A DNA stretch of 20,000 nt from an uncultured virus (IMG/VR IMGVR_UViG_3300037470_000488) (taxonomy: Duplodnaviria; Heunggongvirae; Uroviricota; Caudoviricetes): IMG/VR virus record IMGVR_UViG_3300037470_000488; one strand, 5' to 3'. Of this stretch, positions 7,943-16,895 are shown piece by piece. Under the pieces are notes generated by a model. It saw only the letters and a program-made list of their open reading frames with translations. It had not been told where the DNA came from and searched no databases. How positions within the stretch are numbered: the first letter of the stretch is position 1; each line of letters opens with the position of its first letter. The translations under genes were made by a program, and so were the position numbers.

Positions 7943-8024
7943 AAGGTACCGCAACAGGGTTGCGATGCAATCCCCTCAGCGCTATGGTTTGAGTCAACGG
8001 CAGCGATACCGTCCATCGCTACCG
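7943..8024. promoter_or_regulatory. Divergent promoter pair with palindromes
   Basis: Rightward TTGCGA (7960-7965)-N17-TATGGT (7983-7988); leftward -10 TACCTT; palindrome CGCAAC-AGG-GTTGCG (7950-7964); second inverted repeat CGGCAGCGAT…ATCGCTACCG. Confidence 0.6.
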
Positions 8025-8045
8025 ATGATCCACAGGGGGACCACC

Positions 8046-8897
8046 GTGAACGCCGCCACCCGCACCCGCCGCAACACCCAGGGTCAGCAGTTCGCCCACG
8101 ACATGCGCCACTTCCTCTCCATCGGCACCCGCACCCGCCGCGACCGCAAGGGCCTCGACCTCCACCGCGAAATCGCCGACTGGGTCCGCGTCGCCGCCAT
8201 GGAACACGGCACCCTCGACCCCTCACAGGAGGAGTCCTTCCGCCCCGCCTACGACGTCGCATGCTCCTGGTTCAAGTGGATCAAGCTGGGGCGCGCCGAC
8301 TACACCGTCTGCGAGTACATCAACAACCTCACCCCCTACCAGTTCTGCGCCTTCCTCGGCCAGATGATCGACGCCGGAATCACCAGCACCAGCCAAGCGG
8401 GCCAGTACTTCAGCGAAATGCGCACCACGCTCATCGGCGAGGCGCAGGGGGATGAGGCAGCGGGGCAGACTGAGGCGGTCGACACCAAGGCCGCCACCCC
8501 TACCGGTTCGATGCGTCGGGCACTCGCACGCACCCGCCGCAACACCCTCCGCACCGCCGCCCGCACCAGCCGCGCCCTCGGCTACCGCACCCTCTCCGGC
8601 CTCATCGCCGCAGCCGTCGAAGCCGGCCGCCTCATTCGCACCGGGGACTTCCTCCAGCGCATCGGCGGTGGTGACCTCCCCGACGGACAGCAGTCCTGGT
8701 TCGGAAGGCACACGGCCAAGGCGTACCGCGCGGCCACCGGCAGCGAGCCTCTCAAGGTGTGGGCGCGGCACCGCACCACCGGCCGTTTCATTCACGTCAT
8801 GGTGTACGGCCCCATCGACGCCGCCCTGTACGCCGGCCTCCGCTCCTACAAGGCGACGCAGCACTTGCTCGCCGACATGTACGCGAGGTGCGCCTGA
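8046..8897 (+). CDS. Hypothetical two-part protein (283 aa)
   Basis: AGGGGGA RBS and GTG 8046; high GC3; RTRRNT occurs twice. Confidence 0.7.
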   Translation: MNAATRTRRNTQGQQFAHDMRHFLSIGTRTRRDRKGLDLHREIADWVRVAAMEHGTLDPSQEESFRPAYDVACSWFKWIKLGRADYTVCEYINNLTPYQFCAFLGQMIDAGITSTSQAGQYFSEMRTTLIGEAQGDEAAGQTEAVDTKAATPTGSMRRALARTRRNTLRTAARTSRALGYRTLSGLIAAAVEAGRLIRTGDFLQRIGGGDLPDGQQSWFGRHTAKAYRAATGSEPLKVWARHRTTGRFIHVMVYGPIDAALYAGLRSYKATQHLLADMYARCA

Positions 8898-8961
8898 GAC
8901 CAACTCCACGACGCAGCAGACGAACCAGACCAGCACCACCCGCACCGAGCGAGGGGCCCAC

Positions 8962-9357
8962 ATGCTCTCCACCACCGAACGTGCCGCCACCGCCGCCGAC
9001 ATCATCAAGCGGCTCACTGGCAGCACCTACCAGTCCACCGCCATCGACGCCCTCGGCTGGGGCATGGGCCCGGCCCAGCTCGGCATCGACCAGGCCGTCA
9101 AGGACGCCGAGTCCTTCGGGTACGTCATCGTCACCGAACTGCGCGGCAAGAAAATGGTCGAGCTCGCCCCGCTGTTCACCCTGGTCTACGAGACCAAGGA
9201 CGGCATCAAGCGGCGCGAGCCCAGCCCGGCCCGCGCCGTGGAGACCGTCGGCCGCGTGGTGATGCGGATGGCAGATCGGGAGGCCGCTTGGAATATCCAG
9301 GTCTTCGACAAGGGTGGCGATGACGTCACCTTCGACTTCGCCTGCTTCCGCGACTGA
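8962..9357 (+). CDS. Hypothetical protein (131 aa)
   Basis: GAGGGG RBS; high GC3; followed by a hairpin. Confidence 0.7.
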   Translation: MLSTTERAATAADIIKRLTGSTYQSTAIDALGWGMGPAQLGIDQAVKDAESFGYVIVTELRGKKMVELAPLFTLVYETKDGIKRREPSPARAVETVGRVVMRMADREAAWNIQVFDKGGDDVTFDFACFRD

Positions 9358-9481
9358 CCCGCCCGGCCCGGCCCTACAGGGTCGGGCCTCGCCACCGTCA
9401 CCGTCCTGTACCCCGTCGACTGCCCCGCCCTCACCCGCATCCAGCTCCTCGCTGACGCCCTCGCCGCGTAAGGAACCCGCC

Positions 9482-9673
9482 ATGCAGATCGGCCCCCGCA
9501 CCGTCATCTTCCACTCGCCCGACTCACACACCCTGTGGGACCGCAGCATCAACGGCATCACCTACCGCTTCATGGTGGTCTACGACGGCGAAGGGCAGCT
9601 CCAGGCTGCCGCCTGGCGCGTTGAGCGGTGGAACTCACTGACCGTGGCCCACCAGTGGGCCGCGACCGCCTGA
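9482..9673 (+). CDS. Small hypothetical protein (63 aa)
   Basis: TAAGGA RBS; MQIGPRTVIFHS…. Confidence 0.65.
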   Translation: MQIGPRTVIFHSPDSHTLWDRSINGITYRFMVVYDGEGQLQAAAWRVERWNSLTVAHQWAATA

Positions 9674-9770
9674 CCCCACCACGCCGAAGGCCCCGACCCC
9701 TCACGAGGTCGGCAGAGAAAACAGACCCGCCCACCCGAACACCCACCACACCACCGAAAGGCACAACCCC

Positions 9771-10166
9771 ATGACCAACGACCGCATCTCCATCGGCAAC
9801 GCCGAAGACTTCACCCACACCCCCACCCGCGGCTGGTTCATCGGAAACTTCCTCGACCCCACCACCGCAGGCCCCCGCTCCACCGACAACATCGAAGTCA
9901 AATGGAGCATCCACCCCGTGGGCGACCACCGACCCGACATCGCACCCGGCGCCGACACCGTCACCCTCACCATCCTCATCTCCGGCGCGTTCGAACAAAT
10001 CTTCCCCGACCAGCAGCCCGACAGCGTTCTCATGGAACGCCCCGGAGACTTCGCCCTCTACGGACCCGACGTCCCCCACACATGGCGGGCCCTCGCCGAC
10101 AGCGTCATGCTCACCGTCCGCTGGAAGAGCCACACTCCGGCCGGCGCCCGCCCGGAAAGCGGCTGA
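9771..10166 (+). CDS. Cupin-fold protein
   Basis: GWFIGNF…EVKWSIHP…TLTILISGAF…PGDFALYGPDVPHTWRA cupin-like motifs; GAAAGG RBS. Confidence 0.7.
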   Translation: MTNDRISIGNAEDFTHTPTRGWFIGNFLDPTTAGPRSTDNIEVKWSIHPVGDHRPDIAPGADTVTLTILISGAFEQIFPDQQPDSVLMERPGDFALYGPDVPHTWRALADSVMLTVRWKSHTPAGARPESG

Positions 10167-10205
10167 CCGGGCGCCCCTTATCCTGCGCCCAACCCGAGGG
10201 AGGGC

Positions 10206-10439
10206 GTGGTGGCCGTAGGCGTCGACCCGTTCCACGAGCAGGGCACCCATCACTGGATCATCGTCCTGGACGGTGTCGGCTGCCGCAGCGGCACCTGCTC
10301 CCCGGCGCCCGGTGAGACGCGGTACGACTGGTATCTGAAAATTCGGGCTCTGGTCCTGGACGAGGAAGGCATGTCTGACGGGCCGGTCCCGGTGACGCTC
10401 GACTTCGATATCCAGCTCAACAGCCTTGCGGCTGCCTGA
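10206..10439 (+). CDS. Hypothetical protein (77 aa)
   Basis: GGAGG RBS before GTG; codon bias weaker than neighbours. Confidence 0.45.
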   Translation: MVAVGVDPFHEQGTHHWIIVLDGVGCRSGTCSPAPGETRYDWYLKIRALVLDEEGMSDGPVPVTLDFDIQLNSLAAA

Positions 10440-10591
10440 CATCTCTGAGGGGTCGTCTCCGGATCGCACCGGAGGCGACCCTTCACCCATTCCTCCCCAG
10501 GTCCGTAACAGGAACCCACCCGCCTCTTCACACCACGCCCACATCCGATAACGTCCCCCATCCCACGACACACCACACCATGGGGGGATCC

Positions 10592-11197
10592 ATGAGCCAG
10601 CCCTACCCGCCCCAACAGCCCTACGGCTACAGCGCCCCGCCACCGCCGCCGAAGAAGACCAGCACCGGCAAAATCATCGGCATCGGATGCGGCGGCATCG
10701 TCGGCCTCATCATCGTGACCAGCATCATCGGAGCACTCGTCAGCAGCGGCGACGACAGCAAGAGCGACACCGCCTCCACAGCCACGAGCAGCGCACCAGC
10801 CGACCAGAACACGGACCCCGCGCCAGACAAAACCAGCGAGGCCCCCGCCGCCGAGGAGCCCAAGGAAGACGCACCCGTCGCGATCACCGCGAAGAAGACG
10901 ACGTTCGCGAAGAGCATCCTCGCCGACAGCAGCAACTACACCAGCGTCCTCGTCACCATCACCAACAACAGCGACAAGCCGATCAGCGTGAACCCACTCT
11001 GGTTCACCATCACGGACACCGCCGGCACAAAGCACACAGCAGCAATCGGCGTCGACGAGAAGCAGATCGACACCGTGGACCTGGCCACCGGCGAAAACAT
11101 CTCCGGCACCGTCACCGGGAAGGGCGCCTTCACTGCCAAGTACGTGACCTACGTCGACGGGTTCATCGGCGAACCGGTCCGCGCCGACCTGTCCTGA
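10592..11197 (+). CDS. Membrane-anchored extracellular protein, DUF4352-like
   Basis: Pro-rich N-terminus, KK plus one TM helix, Ser/Thr/Asp linker, beta-rich domain VLVTITNNSDKPISVNPLWFTITD…G; alternative start 10580. Confidence 0.75.
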   Translation: MSQPYPPQQPYGYSAPPPPPKKTSTGKIIGIGCGGIVGLIIVTSIIGALVSSGDDSKSDTASTATSSAPADQNTDPAPDKTSEAPAAEEPKEDAPVAITAKKTTFAKSILADSSNYTSVLVTITNNSDKPISVNPLWFTITDTAGTKHTAAIGVDEKQIDTVDLATGENISGTVTGKGAFTAKYVTYVDGFIGEPVRADLS

Positions 11198-11212
11198 CAC
11201 GTTCCCCGCTCT

Positions 11213-11243
11213 GGCCCGGCTCGCGTCCCTACGCGGCCGGGCC
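11213..11243 (+). terminator. Hairpin after DUF4352-like gene
   Basis: GGCCCGGC(T)CGCGT-CCCT-ACGCGGCCGGGCC. Confidence 0.55.
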
Positions 11244-11257
11244 GCCCCATGCCCTCT

Positions 11258-11290
11258 CCGGAAGATCACCACCGGGTTCCGGTCCACAAT
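11258..11290 (+). promoter_or_regulatory. Putative late promoter motif, copy 1
   Basis: CCGGAA-N21-CACAAT-N6-ATG(11297). Confidence 0.6.
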
Positions 11291-11296
11291 CACCCC

Positions 11297-11857
11297 ATGA
11301 GCGCCTACCCGGCCCGCTGCCCCGCCCGCAACCTCAACGGCCGCATGTGCGACAAACCCGCTGGCCAATGCACCCAGCACCTCGGTTACGGGACATGCGT
11401 CTGGCACCGGGGCGGACACCGGAACGTCGAGGAGGCATGGGCCATGGCGCAGGAGATTGCAGCCGAACGTGAGATCACCCCGCACGAGGCGCTACTCGGC
11501 CTCGTCCGAACAGCCGCCGCACGAGCGGCGTGGACCGACAACATCATTTTCCAGCAGCTCCGCGACCACACCGACAACGGCGGCGACCCGCTGAAACCAC
11601 CGGACGAACTCGTGCCGTGGCTACGGCAGTCCCGTGAGGAACGCAGGCTCGCCGCAACCACCGCCAAGACTGCCGTCGACGCGGGCGTCATGGTCGCGCT
11701 GGAGCGGCGCATCGACCTTGACCGTGACCTTGTCGTGTCCGCCCTCGCCGCCGCGATGGACGCGGCGCCGGAGCTGCCGCAGGAGACGCGGATTGTCATG
11801 CTCGGCGCAGCGCAACAGCATCTGATGCTGGCGGGGGGAGAGACGGCCGCAGCCTGA
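11297..11857 (+). CDS. Putative terminase small subunit
   Basis: N-terminal RCPARNLNGRMCDKPAGQCTQHLGYGTCVWHRGG resembles the Cys/HGG motif of actinophage TerS-like proteins; helical remainder; first gene of late region. Alternative start 11249. Confidence 0.55.
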   Translation: MSAYPARCPARNLNGRMCDKPAGQCTQHLGYGTCVWHRGGHRNVEEAWAMAQEIAAEREITPHEALLGLVRTAAARAAWTDNIIFQQLRDHTDNGGDPLKPPDELVPWLRQSREERRLAATTAKTAVDAGVMVALERRIDLDRDLVVSALAAAMDAAPELPQETRIVMLGAAQQHLMLAGGETAAA

Positions 11858-11860
11858 CGG

Positions 11861-11893
11861 CCGGAATGATCACCCGGAATGCGCTGGCACCCT
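11861..11893 (+). promoter_or_regulatory. Putative late promoter motif, copy 2
   Basis: CCGGAA-N21-CACCCT-N7-ATG(11901). Confidence 0.6.
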
Positions 11894-11900
11894 GCCGCGC

Positions 11901-12914
11901 ATGCGCATCCTCCTCACCGGCGCCGCGGGGTTCGTCGGCTCCCACGTCCTCGCTCACCTCCTCGCCAACACCGACGCCGAGATCGTCGTCCCCTGGACAC
12001 TCCGCCACCACGGCAACAGCCAGCGCCTCGCCGCCGCTATCGACCAGGCCCCCGAGCCCGGCGCCTGGAACGACCGCGTCACCACGTTCATGCACGACCT
12101 CGCCACTCCGATGCCGGCGACGCTTGTCGACGAGATCGGACCCGTCGACTACGTCTTGAACATCGCCTCCGAGTCCCACGTCGACCGCAGCATCTCCGAC
12201 CCGGCGCCGTTCATCCGGAACAACGTCGAGTTGATGCTGAACGTCCTCGACTACGCCCGCCAGGTCCGCCCGCGGATGGTGCTGCACATGGGCACCGATG
12301 AGGAGTACGGGCCCGCGTACGGGGACTACAAGCACCGCGAGTGGGACACGGTCCTCCCCTCGAACCCTTACAGCGCGTCGAAGGCGGCGCAGTCTGCGAT
12401 CGCCACCTCGTACTGGCGGACGTTCGGGGTGCCGGTCGTACTGACGCGGACGATGAACCTGATCGCGCCGGGCCAGGACGCGGAGAAGTTCGTGCCCACC
12501 GTGATCCGGAAGATCCTCGCTGGGGAGACAGTCCAGATCCACGCCAGCCCCGAAGGCGTGCCCGGCTCCCGGCACTGGATCGACGCCCGCGAGTTCGGCG
12601 CCGCCTGGCTGCACCTGCTGAACACGGTCGAGCCGCAGATGTACCCGGACGCCGACCGTCCGTCGATGTTCCACGTCGTCGGCGAGGAGCGGACGAACCT
12701 CCAGATCGCGCAGACGATCGCCGACCTCCTCGGCCGCCCGCTGCACTACGAGCTGGCCAGCTTCCATTCCAGCCGGCCAGGCCACGACCTCAGGTACGCA
12801 CTCGACGGATCGAAGCTGGCCGAGGCGGGCTGGGCGCCGGGCAGGTCGATCGAGGAGACCCTCTCCGACATCGTGAAGTGGTACGCCAACAACCCGGCAT
12901 GGCTCGCCGCATGA
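11901..12914 (+). CDS. rmlB: dTDP-glucose 4,6-dehydratase-like SDR
   Basis: TGAAGFVG, ASESHVDRSI, GTDEEYG, PYSASKAA (YxxxK), RPGHDLRYALD: RmlB signature motifs. Confidence 0.88.
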   Translation: MRILLTGAAGFVGSHVLAHLLANTDAEIVVPWTLRHHGNSQRLAAAIDQAPEPGAWNDRVTTFMHDLATPMPATLVDEIGPVDYVLNIASESHVDRSISDPAPFIRNNVELMLNVLDYARQVRPRMVLHMGTDEEYGPAYGDYKHREWDTVLPSNPYSASKAAQSAIATSYWRTFGVPVVLTRTMNLIAPGQDAEKFVPTVIRKILAGETVQIHASPEGVPGSRHWIDAREFGAAWLHLLNTVEPQMYPDADRPSMFHVVGEERTNLQIAQTIADLLGRPLHYELASFHSSRPGHDLRYALDGSKLAEAGWAPGRSIEETLSDIVKWYANNPAWLAA

Positions 12915-13135
12915 GCGCGCCCGCTGACGATGAGCGCCCATACAGGCAGCTCGCCCGCCTATCGCTCCAGCACTCGGCAGACCGACTGAACGCCATTCCC
13001 CAGGGACGGGTGGACACCGCCGAGATGCAGTGCCACGCCACCCTGGCCCAGGCAATCGCCAGTCTCGCCATGGCTCAGGCCCTCATCGAGATCGGCGACG
13101 CCCTACGCGCGCTGGGGGAGCAGTCAGATGGGTGA
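12911..13135 (+). CDS. Small helical hypothetical protein (74 aa)
   Basis: ATGA overlap with rmlB; stop overlaps next start. Confidence 0.6.
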   Translation: MSAPADDERPYRQLARLSLQHSADRLNAIPQGRVDTAEMQCHATLAQAIASLAMAQALIEIGDALRALGEQSDG

Positions 13136-13805
13136 CCTGTACCGCGCCGCGGTCATCCCGACGCGGGACCGTCACGACATGCTCGCCGACTGCATCAACT
13201 CCGTCGTGGACCAGGTGGACCGGGTCATCGTCATCGACAACCTCTCTGAACCGCCGATCGATCCGGAGCCGTGGCACGGCAAGGTCGGCGTGGTCGCGAT
13301 CCCGATCGACCCGCCGAACATCAGCACCCTGTGGAACGTCGGCATCGCCCTCGCCGACGCATCCGCCCACGCCGAGCAGGCCGCCCGGTGGGACATCGCC
13401 GTCCTCAACTCCGACGTCACCGTCCCGCCCGGCTGGATCGACGCACTCTCTACGGCAATGCGCTCCACCACCGCGGTCCTCGCCTACCCCGACCAGCACG
13501 GCGGCCACCGGCAAATCCTCCACACAAAGGCCGACCCGATCGACCTCCGGCAACGGATCACCGGCTACGCCTACCTGCTCCGCGGCGAAGCGGGTCTACG
13601 GCTCGACGAGTCCATGGCCTGGTGGTACAGCGACGACTCACTCGACTGGGAGGCGCGGGAGCAGGGAGGAGCGCTCCTCGTCCCGGGCCTGGCGGTCGAG
13701 CACCGCTGCCCGAACGGCTCGATGTACGAACGGCCAGAACTGAAGACGCAGGCCGGCCTCGACCGCGAAACCTTCCGTAAGAAGTGGGGCCGGACCCCAT
13801 GGTGA
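13128..13805 (+). CDS. Glycosyltransferase, GT2/GT-A fold
   Basis: AVIPTRDR, VIVIDN, WNVGI, AVLNSDV, WWYSDD motifs. Confidence 0.85.
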   Translation: MGDLYRAAVIPTRDRHDMLADCINSVVDQVDRVIVIDNLSEPPIDPEPWHGKVGVVAIPIDPPNISTLWNVGIALADASAHAEQAARWDIAVLNSDVTVPPGWIDALSTAMRSTTAVLAYPDQHGGHRQILHTKADPIDLRQRITGYAYLLRGEAGLRLDESMAWWYSDDSLDWEAREQGGALLVPGLAVEHRCPNGSMYERPELKTQAGLDRETFRKKWGRTPW

Positions 13806-13815
13806 GGAGCACCCG

Positions 13816-14631
13816 TTGAAGATTGCAGTAACCGGTGGTGCCGGATTCTTCGGCCGCGCCACCATCGAAGCCGCAGAGAACGCAGGGCACGACGTGTGGG
13901 CGTTCGACCGCACCCAAGGCATGGACATCCTCGGCAGCCTGGACGCGCTCGCCGACGCCGACACCGTCATTCACCTCGCGGGCGTCCTCGGCACGTCCGA
14001 GCTGTTCGACATGGCGGAGACCGCTATCCACGTCAACGTCATCGGCACGCTCCGCATCCTGGAGTGGTGCCGGGATCATGACGCCCGCTACGTCGGGGTG
14101 TCGATGCCGGACCCGTTCCCGTCGGTGTATACCGCGACGAAGGTCGCCGCGCGCAGGCTGACGACGGCATGGCATCACGCCTACGGCCTCCCCGTGTCGA
14201 CGGTCCGGGCGTTCAACGGCTACGGCCCCCACCAGCACTACGGGCCCGGCCACCCGCAGAAAATCCTGCCCACGTTCGCCCGCGCCGCGTGGGAGGGCCG
14301 GCCGTTGCCCATCTGGGGTGACGGTGAGCAGGCCATGGACCTCGTCCACGCGGACGATGTGGGGCAGATGCTTGTCGAGGCCACGGCGTTCGGGGATGAC
14401 CAGACGTTCGACGCGGGCACCGGCGTGGCGGTGACCGTGAGCGAGCTGGCGGAGTTCGTGCTGAAGGAGACCGGGTCGAAGGCGGGTGTGGAGCATCTGC
14501 CGATGCGTGCGGGTGAGGTGCCGGTGCAGATCACCGCGAAGGGTGAGGGCTGGGACCGGCTCGACTGGAAGCCCGAATTCTCGTGGGATCGGGTTGCTGA
14601 GACGGTGAGGTGGTACCGCGATGCCCGCTGA
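13816..14631 (+). CDS. NAD-dependent epimerase/reductase (extended SDR)
   Basis: GAGGAG RBS and TTG; VTGGAGFFG, IHLAG, YTATK, RAFNGYGP, IWGDGEQAMDLVHADD. Confidence 0.85.
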   Translation: MKIAVTGGAGFFGRATIEAAENAGHDVWAFDRTQGMDILGSLDALADADTVIHLAGVLGTSELFDMAETAIHVNVIGTLRILEWCRDHDARYVGVSMPDPFPSVYTATKVAARRLTTAWHHAYGLPVSTVRAFNGYGPHQHYGPGHPQKILPTFARAAWEGRPLPIWGDGEQAMDLVHADDVGQMLVEATAFGDDQTFDAGTGVAVTVSELAEFVLKETGSKAGVEHLPMRAGEVPVQITAKGEGWDRLDWKPEFSWDRVAETVRWYRDAR

Positions 14632-14905
14632 TCTACGCGAGCAGTATGCGGCTGCAGCCGAACGTTGCGGGTTCGATGTCTTCGATGCTGGCGAGGTTGC
14701 TGACGCTGTCCTCGCAATCCGTGACATTGAACTTGAGCGGGCAACGCGGCAGGTAGCAGCGGTCAAGGCCGTGACGGGCTGGCTGATGGAGGTCACCCGC
14801 AGCCCGGAACCAGACCCGGTACGCCGTGATGGGACACGCCGCATCGTGCACATGGTGAACCTTGCGCTGGACGACCCCGACGCCACCTTGGAGTACTACC
14901 AATGA
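14621..14905 (+). CDS. Hypothetical protein (94 aa), lower GC
   Basis: Overlaps both neighbours; more A/T-ending codons. Confidence 0.55.
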   Translation: MPADLREQYAAAAERCGFDVFDAGEVADAVLAIRDIELERATRQVAAVKAVTGWLMEVTRSPEPDPVRRDGTRRIVHMVNLALDDPDATLEYYQ

Positions 14906-15561
14906 CCGCTGATATCGCGATCGTGACCGCATGCTACGACGCCTACGACACAGTCAAGCCCGTCATGCCGCAGACCGGTGCGGATGTGGAGTGGATCCTC
15001 GTCACTGACACCGTGCCGGACGCCGAAGCTGCGCGCGGCTGGACGGTTGTGCACGAGCCGCGTCCGGATGTGCCGCCGAATCGTGCGGCGAAGGCGCCCA
15101 AGTTCGAGCCGTGGAAGTACACGGACGCCCCCGCGAGCATCTGGATCGACGCATCGTTCCGGGTCGTCTCCCCGGACTTCGCAGCTGCGGCGATGGGGTA
15201 CGCGAAGCCGATTGCGCAGTTCGTGCATCCGTGGCGGGACTGCCTGTTCGCGGAGGCGGTGGAGATTGCTGCGCTCGGCATGGACCCGGAGGGTGTGGCG
15301 GGGTGGCAGACGGCCCGGTACCGGGAGGCGGGGCATCCGGTGGGTTGGGGGTTGTGGGCGTCGGGTGTGATCGTGCGGCGGCATACGGCGGCTGTTCGGC
15401 GGATGGGTGCGGCGTGGGCGCGGGAGGTGGCGGGCGGGTCGGCGCGGGATCAGGTGTCGCAGCCGCACGTCCTGCGGGAAGCCCGACTGCGGCCCGCTTC
15501 TCTGCCGGGGACGCATCTGGCGAACGCTTGGCTCAAGTACGAGGGAAGCGGACGGCACTGA
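14902..15561 (+). CDS. Putative glycosyltransferase, DUF616-like
   Basis: IVTACYDAYD, LVTD, AKAPKFEP, SIWIDAS, HPWRDCLFAE, RDQVS motifs. Confidence 0.7.
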   Translation: MTADIAIVTACYDAYDTVKPVMPQTGADVEWILVTDTVPDAEAARGWTVVHEPRPDVPPNRAAKAPKFEPWKYTDAPASIWIDASFRVVSPDFAAAAMGYAKPIAQFVHPWRDCLFAEAVEIAALGMDPEGVAGWQTARYREAGHPVGWGLWASGVIVRRHTAAVRRMGAAWAREVAGGSARDQVSQPHVLREARLRPASLPGTHLANAWLKYEGSGRH

Positions 15562-15839
15562 TGAGCGAGCAGACACCGAGCGTGGGCCGGATCGTCCACT
15601 ATCAGAGCTACGGCACCCCGGGCGGCGAGTACACCTCCCAGTGCCGGGCCGCGATCGTCGCCGCCGTCTACAGCCTCGACAACCCACACCCGGACCTCGA
15701 GGTACACACCGAGGCCGAAGGCGCCGAGTGGGTGGCGCTCGCGGTGCTGAACCCGAGCGGCATGTTCTTCAACGACGCGTGCCACGACGAGCTGCGCAAG
15801 CAGGGCGGCACGTGGCATTGGCCGGAGCGTGTCGGATGA
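15561..15839 (+). CDS. Conserved small phage hypothetical protein
   Basis: PSVGRIVHY…RAAIV…GTWHWPER pattern; TGATG coupling. Confidence 0.75.
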   Translation: MSEQTPSVGRIVHYQSYGTPGGEYTSQCRAAIVAAVYSLDNPHPDLEVHTEAEGAEWVALAVLNPSGMFFNDACHDELRKQGGTWHWPERVG

Positions 15840-16273
15840 GACTGGAGATCGGCGGCGGGAAACTCCTGCCAGCAGGCTGGACCAACCTCGACCCCAACCA
15901 CGGCACCGGCGACTGGCGGCGCCTCGCACAAGACACGCCATGGCCCACCGGCGACCACACCGTAGAGGCCATGCGCGCGAGCCACGTCATGGAGCACATC
16001 CCCGCCGGTGACCCGCGCATCACGGTTCTCAACGAAGCCCACCGCGTCCTGCGCTCCGGCGCCGTGTTCGAGATCCGCGTACCCAACGCCCTGTCCGGAA
16101 CCTGGCACGCCTACGCCGACCCGACGCACGTCTCCTTCTGGTGCGTGGAGTCGTTCCACTACCTCGACGGTTCGAAGGCCGCCCACGCCGACTACGGACT
16201 CCTGCCGTGGAAGACGATCGAACTCCGCATCCAAGGCGACAACGAAATCCTGTGGAAGGGGACGCCGCGGTGA
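15836..16273 (+). CDS. Class I SAM-dependent methyltransferase
   Basis: RLEIGGG, ASHVMEH, NEAHRVLRSGA, DPTH motifs. Confidence 0.82.
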   Translation: MRLEIGGGKLLPAGWTNLDPNHGTGDWRRLAQDTPWPTGDHTVEAMRASHVMEHIPAGDPRITVLNEAHRVLRSGAVFEIRVPNALSGTWHAYADPTHVSFWCVESFHYLDGSKAAHADYGLLPWKTIELRIQGDNEILWKGTPR

Positions 16274-16842
16274 CCGGACCGGACCCGGTGGTGTCCGTCG
16301 TGGTTCCGTACCACGCGGCCCGCGTGAAGAACGGCATGCTCAAACGCGCGGCCGACTCCGTCAACGGGCAGACCGCACCCCACCACCTGATCGCCGTCGA
16401 AGACACCCAGCGCCAGGGCGCCGCAGCGACCCGGCAAGGGGGCCTCGACCAAGTCACCACACCGTGGACTGCGTTCCTCGACAGCGACGACGAACTCGAC
16501 CCCACCCACCTGGCGCAGCTCCTCGCCTGCGCCACCGAGACGGGCGCCGACTACGTGTACCCGTGGTTCCGCGTGAAGGGCGGCCGCGACCCGTTCCCCA
16601 TGTTCTTCGGCCGCCCCTGGGATGACGCTCACCCGCACTCGACGACGATCACCATCCTCGTCCGCACCGAACTCGCCCAGCAGGTCGGGTTCCGCAACGT
16701 GGCCGGTGAGGACTTCACGTTCACGAAGGACTGCGTCATCGCCGGGGCAAAGATCATCCACCACCCGGCCAGAACCTGGACCTGGTGGCATCATCAGTCC
16801 AATAGCAGCGGCATTCCGGGGCGCGGAGATGCGAAAACGTGA
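16270..16842 (+). CDS. Glycosyltransferase, GT2
   Basis: VSVVVP, SVNGQT, GAAATRQGGL, AFLDSDD (DxD), GEDF. Confidence 0.85.
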   Translation: MTGPDPVVSVVVPYHAARVKNGMLKRAADSVNGQTAPHHLIAVEDTQRQGAAATRQGGLDQVTTPWTAFLDSDDELDPTHLAQLLACATETGADYVYPWFRVKGGRDPFPMFFGRPWDDAHPHSTTITILVRTELAQQVGFRNVAGEDFTFTKDCVIAGAKIIHHPARTWTWWHHQSNSSGIPGRGDAKT

Positions 16843-16895
16843 TTAGCCACTGGTAGCATGAGAACACAACAGGTAACACAACCTGAGGAGTTCTC

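Noticed and set aside
9360..9712. Hairpins near 9365-9388 and 9692-9711 as a repeat family with 11213-11243
   Set aside because: Only a weak CCCT(A/C) similarity; ordinary post-gene stem-loops suffice.
11901..16842. Host cell-wall or antibiotic sugar cluster
   Set aside because: Flanked by phage packaging genes, interleaved with phage-type ORFs, and lacking transport or scaffold genes.
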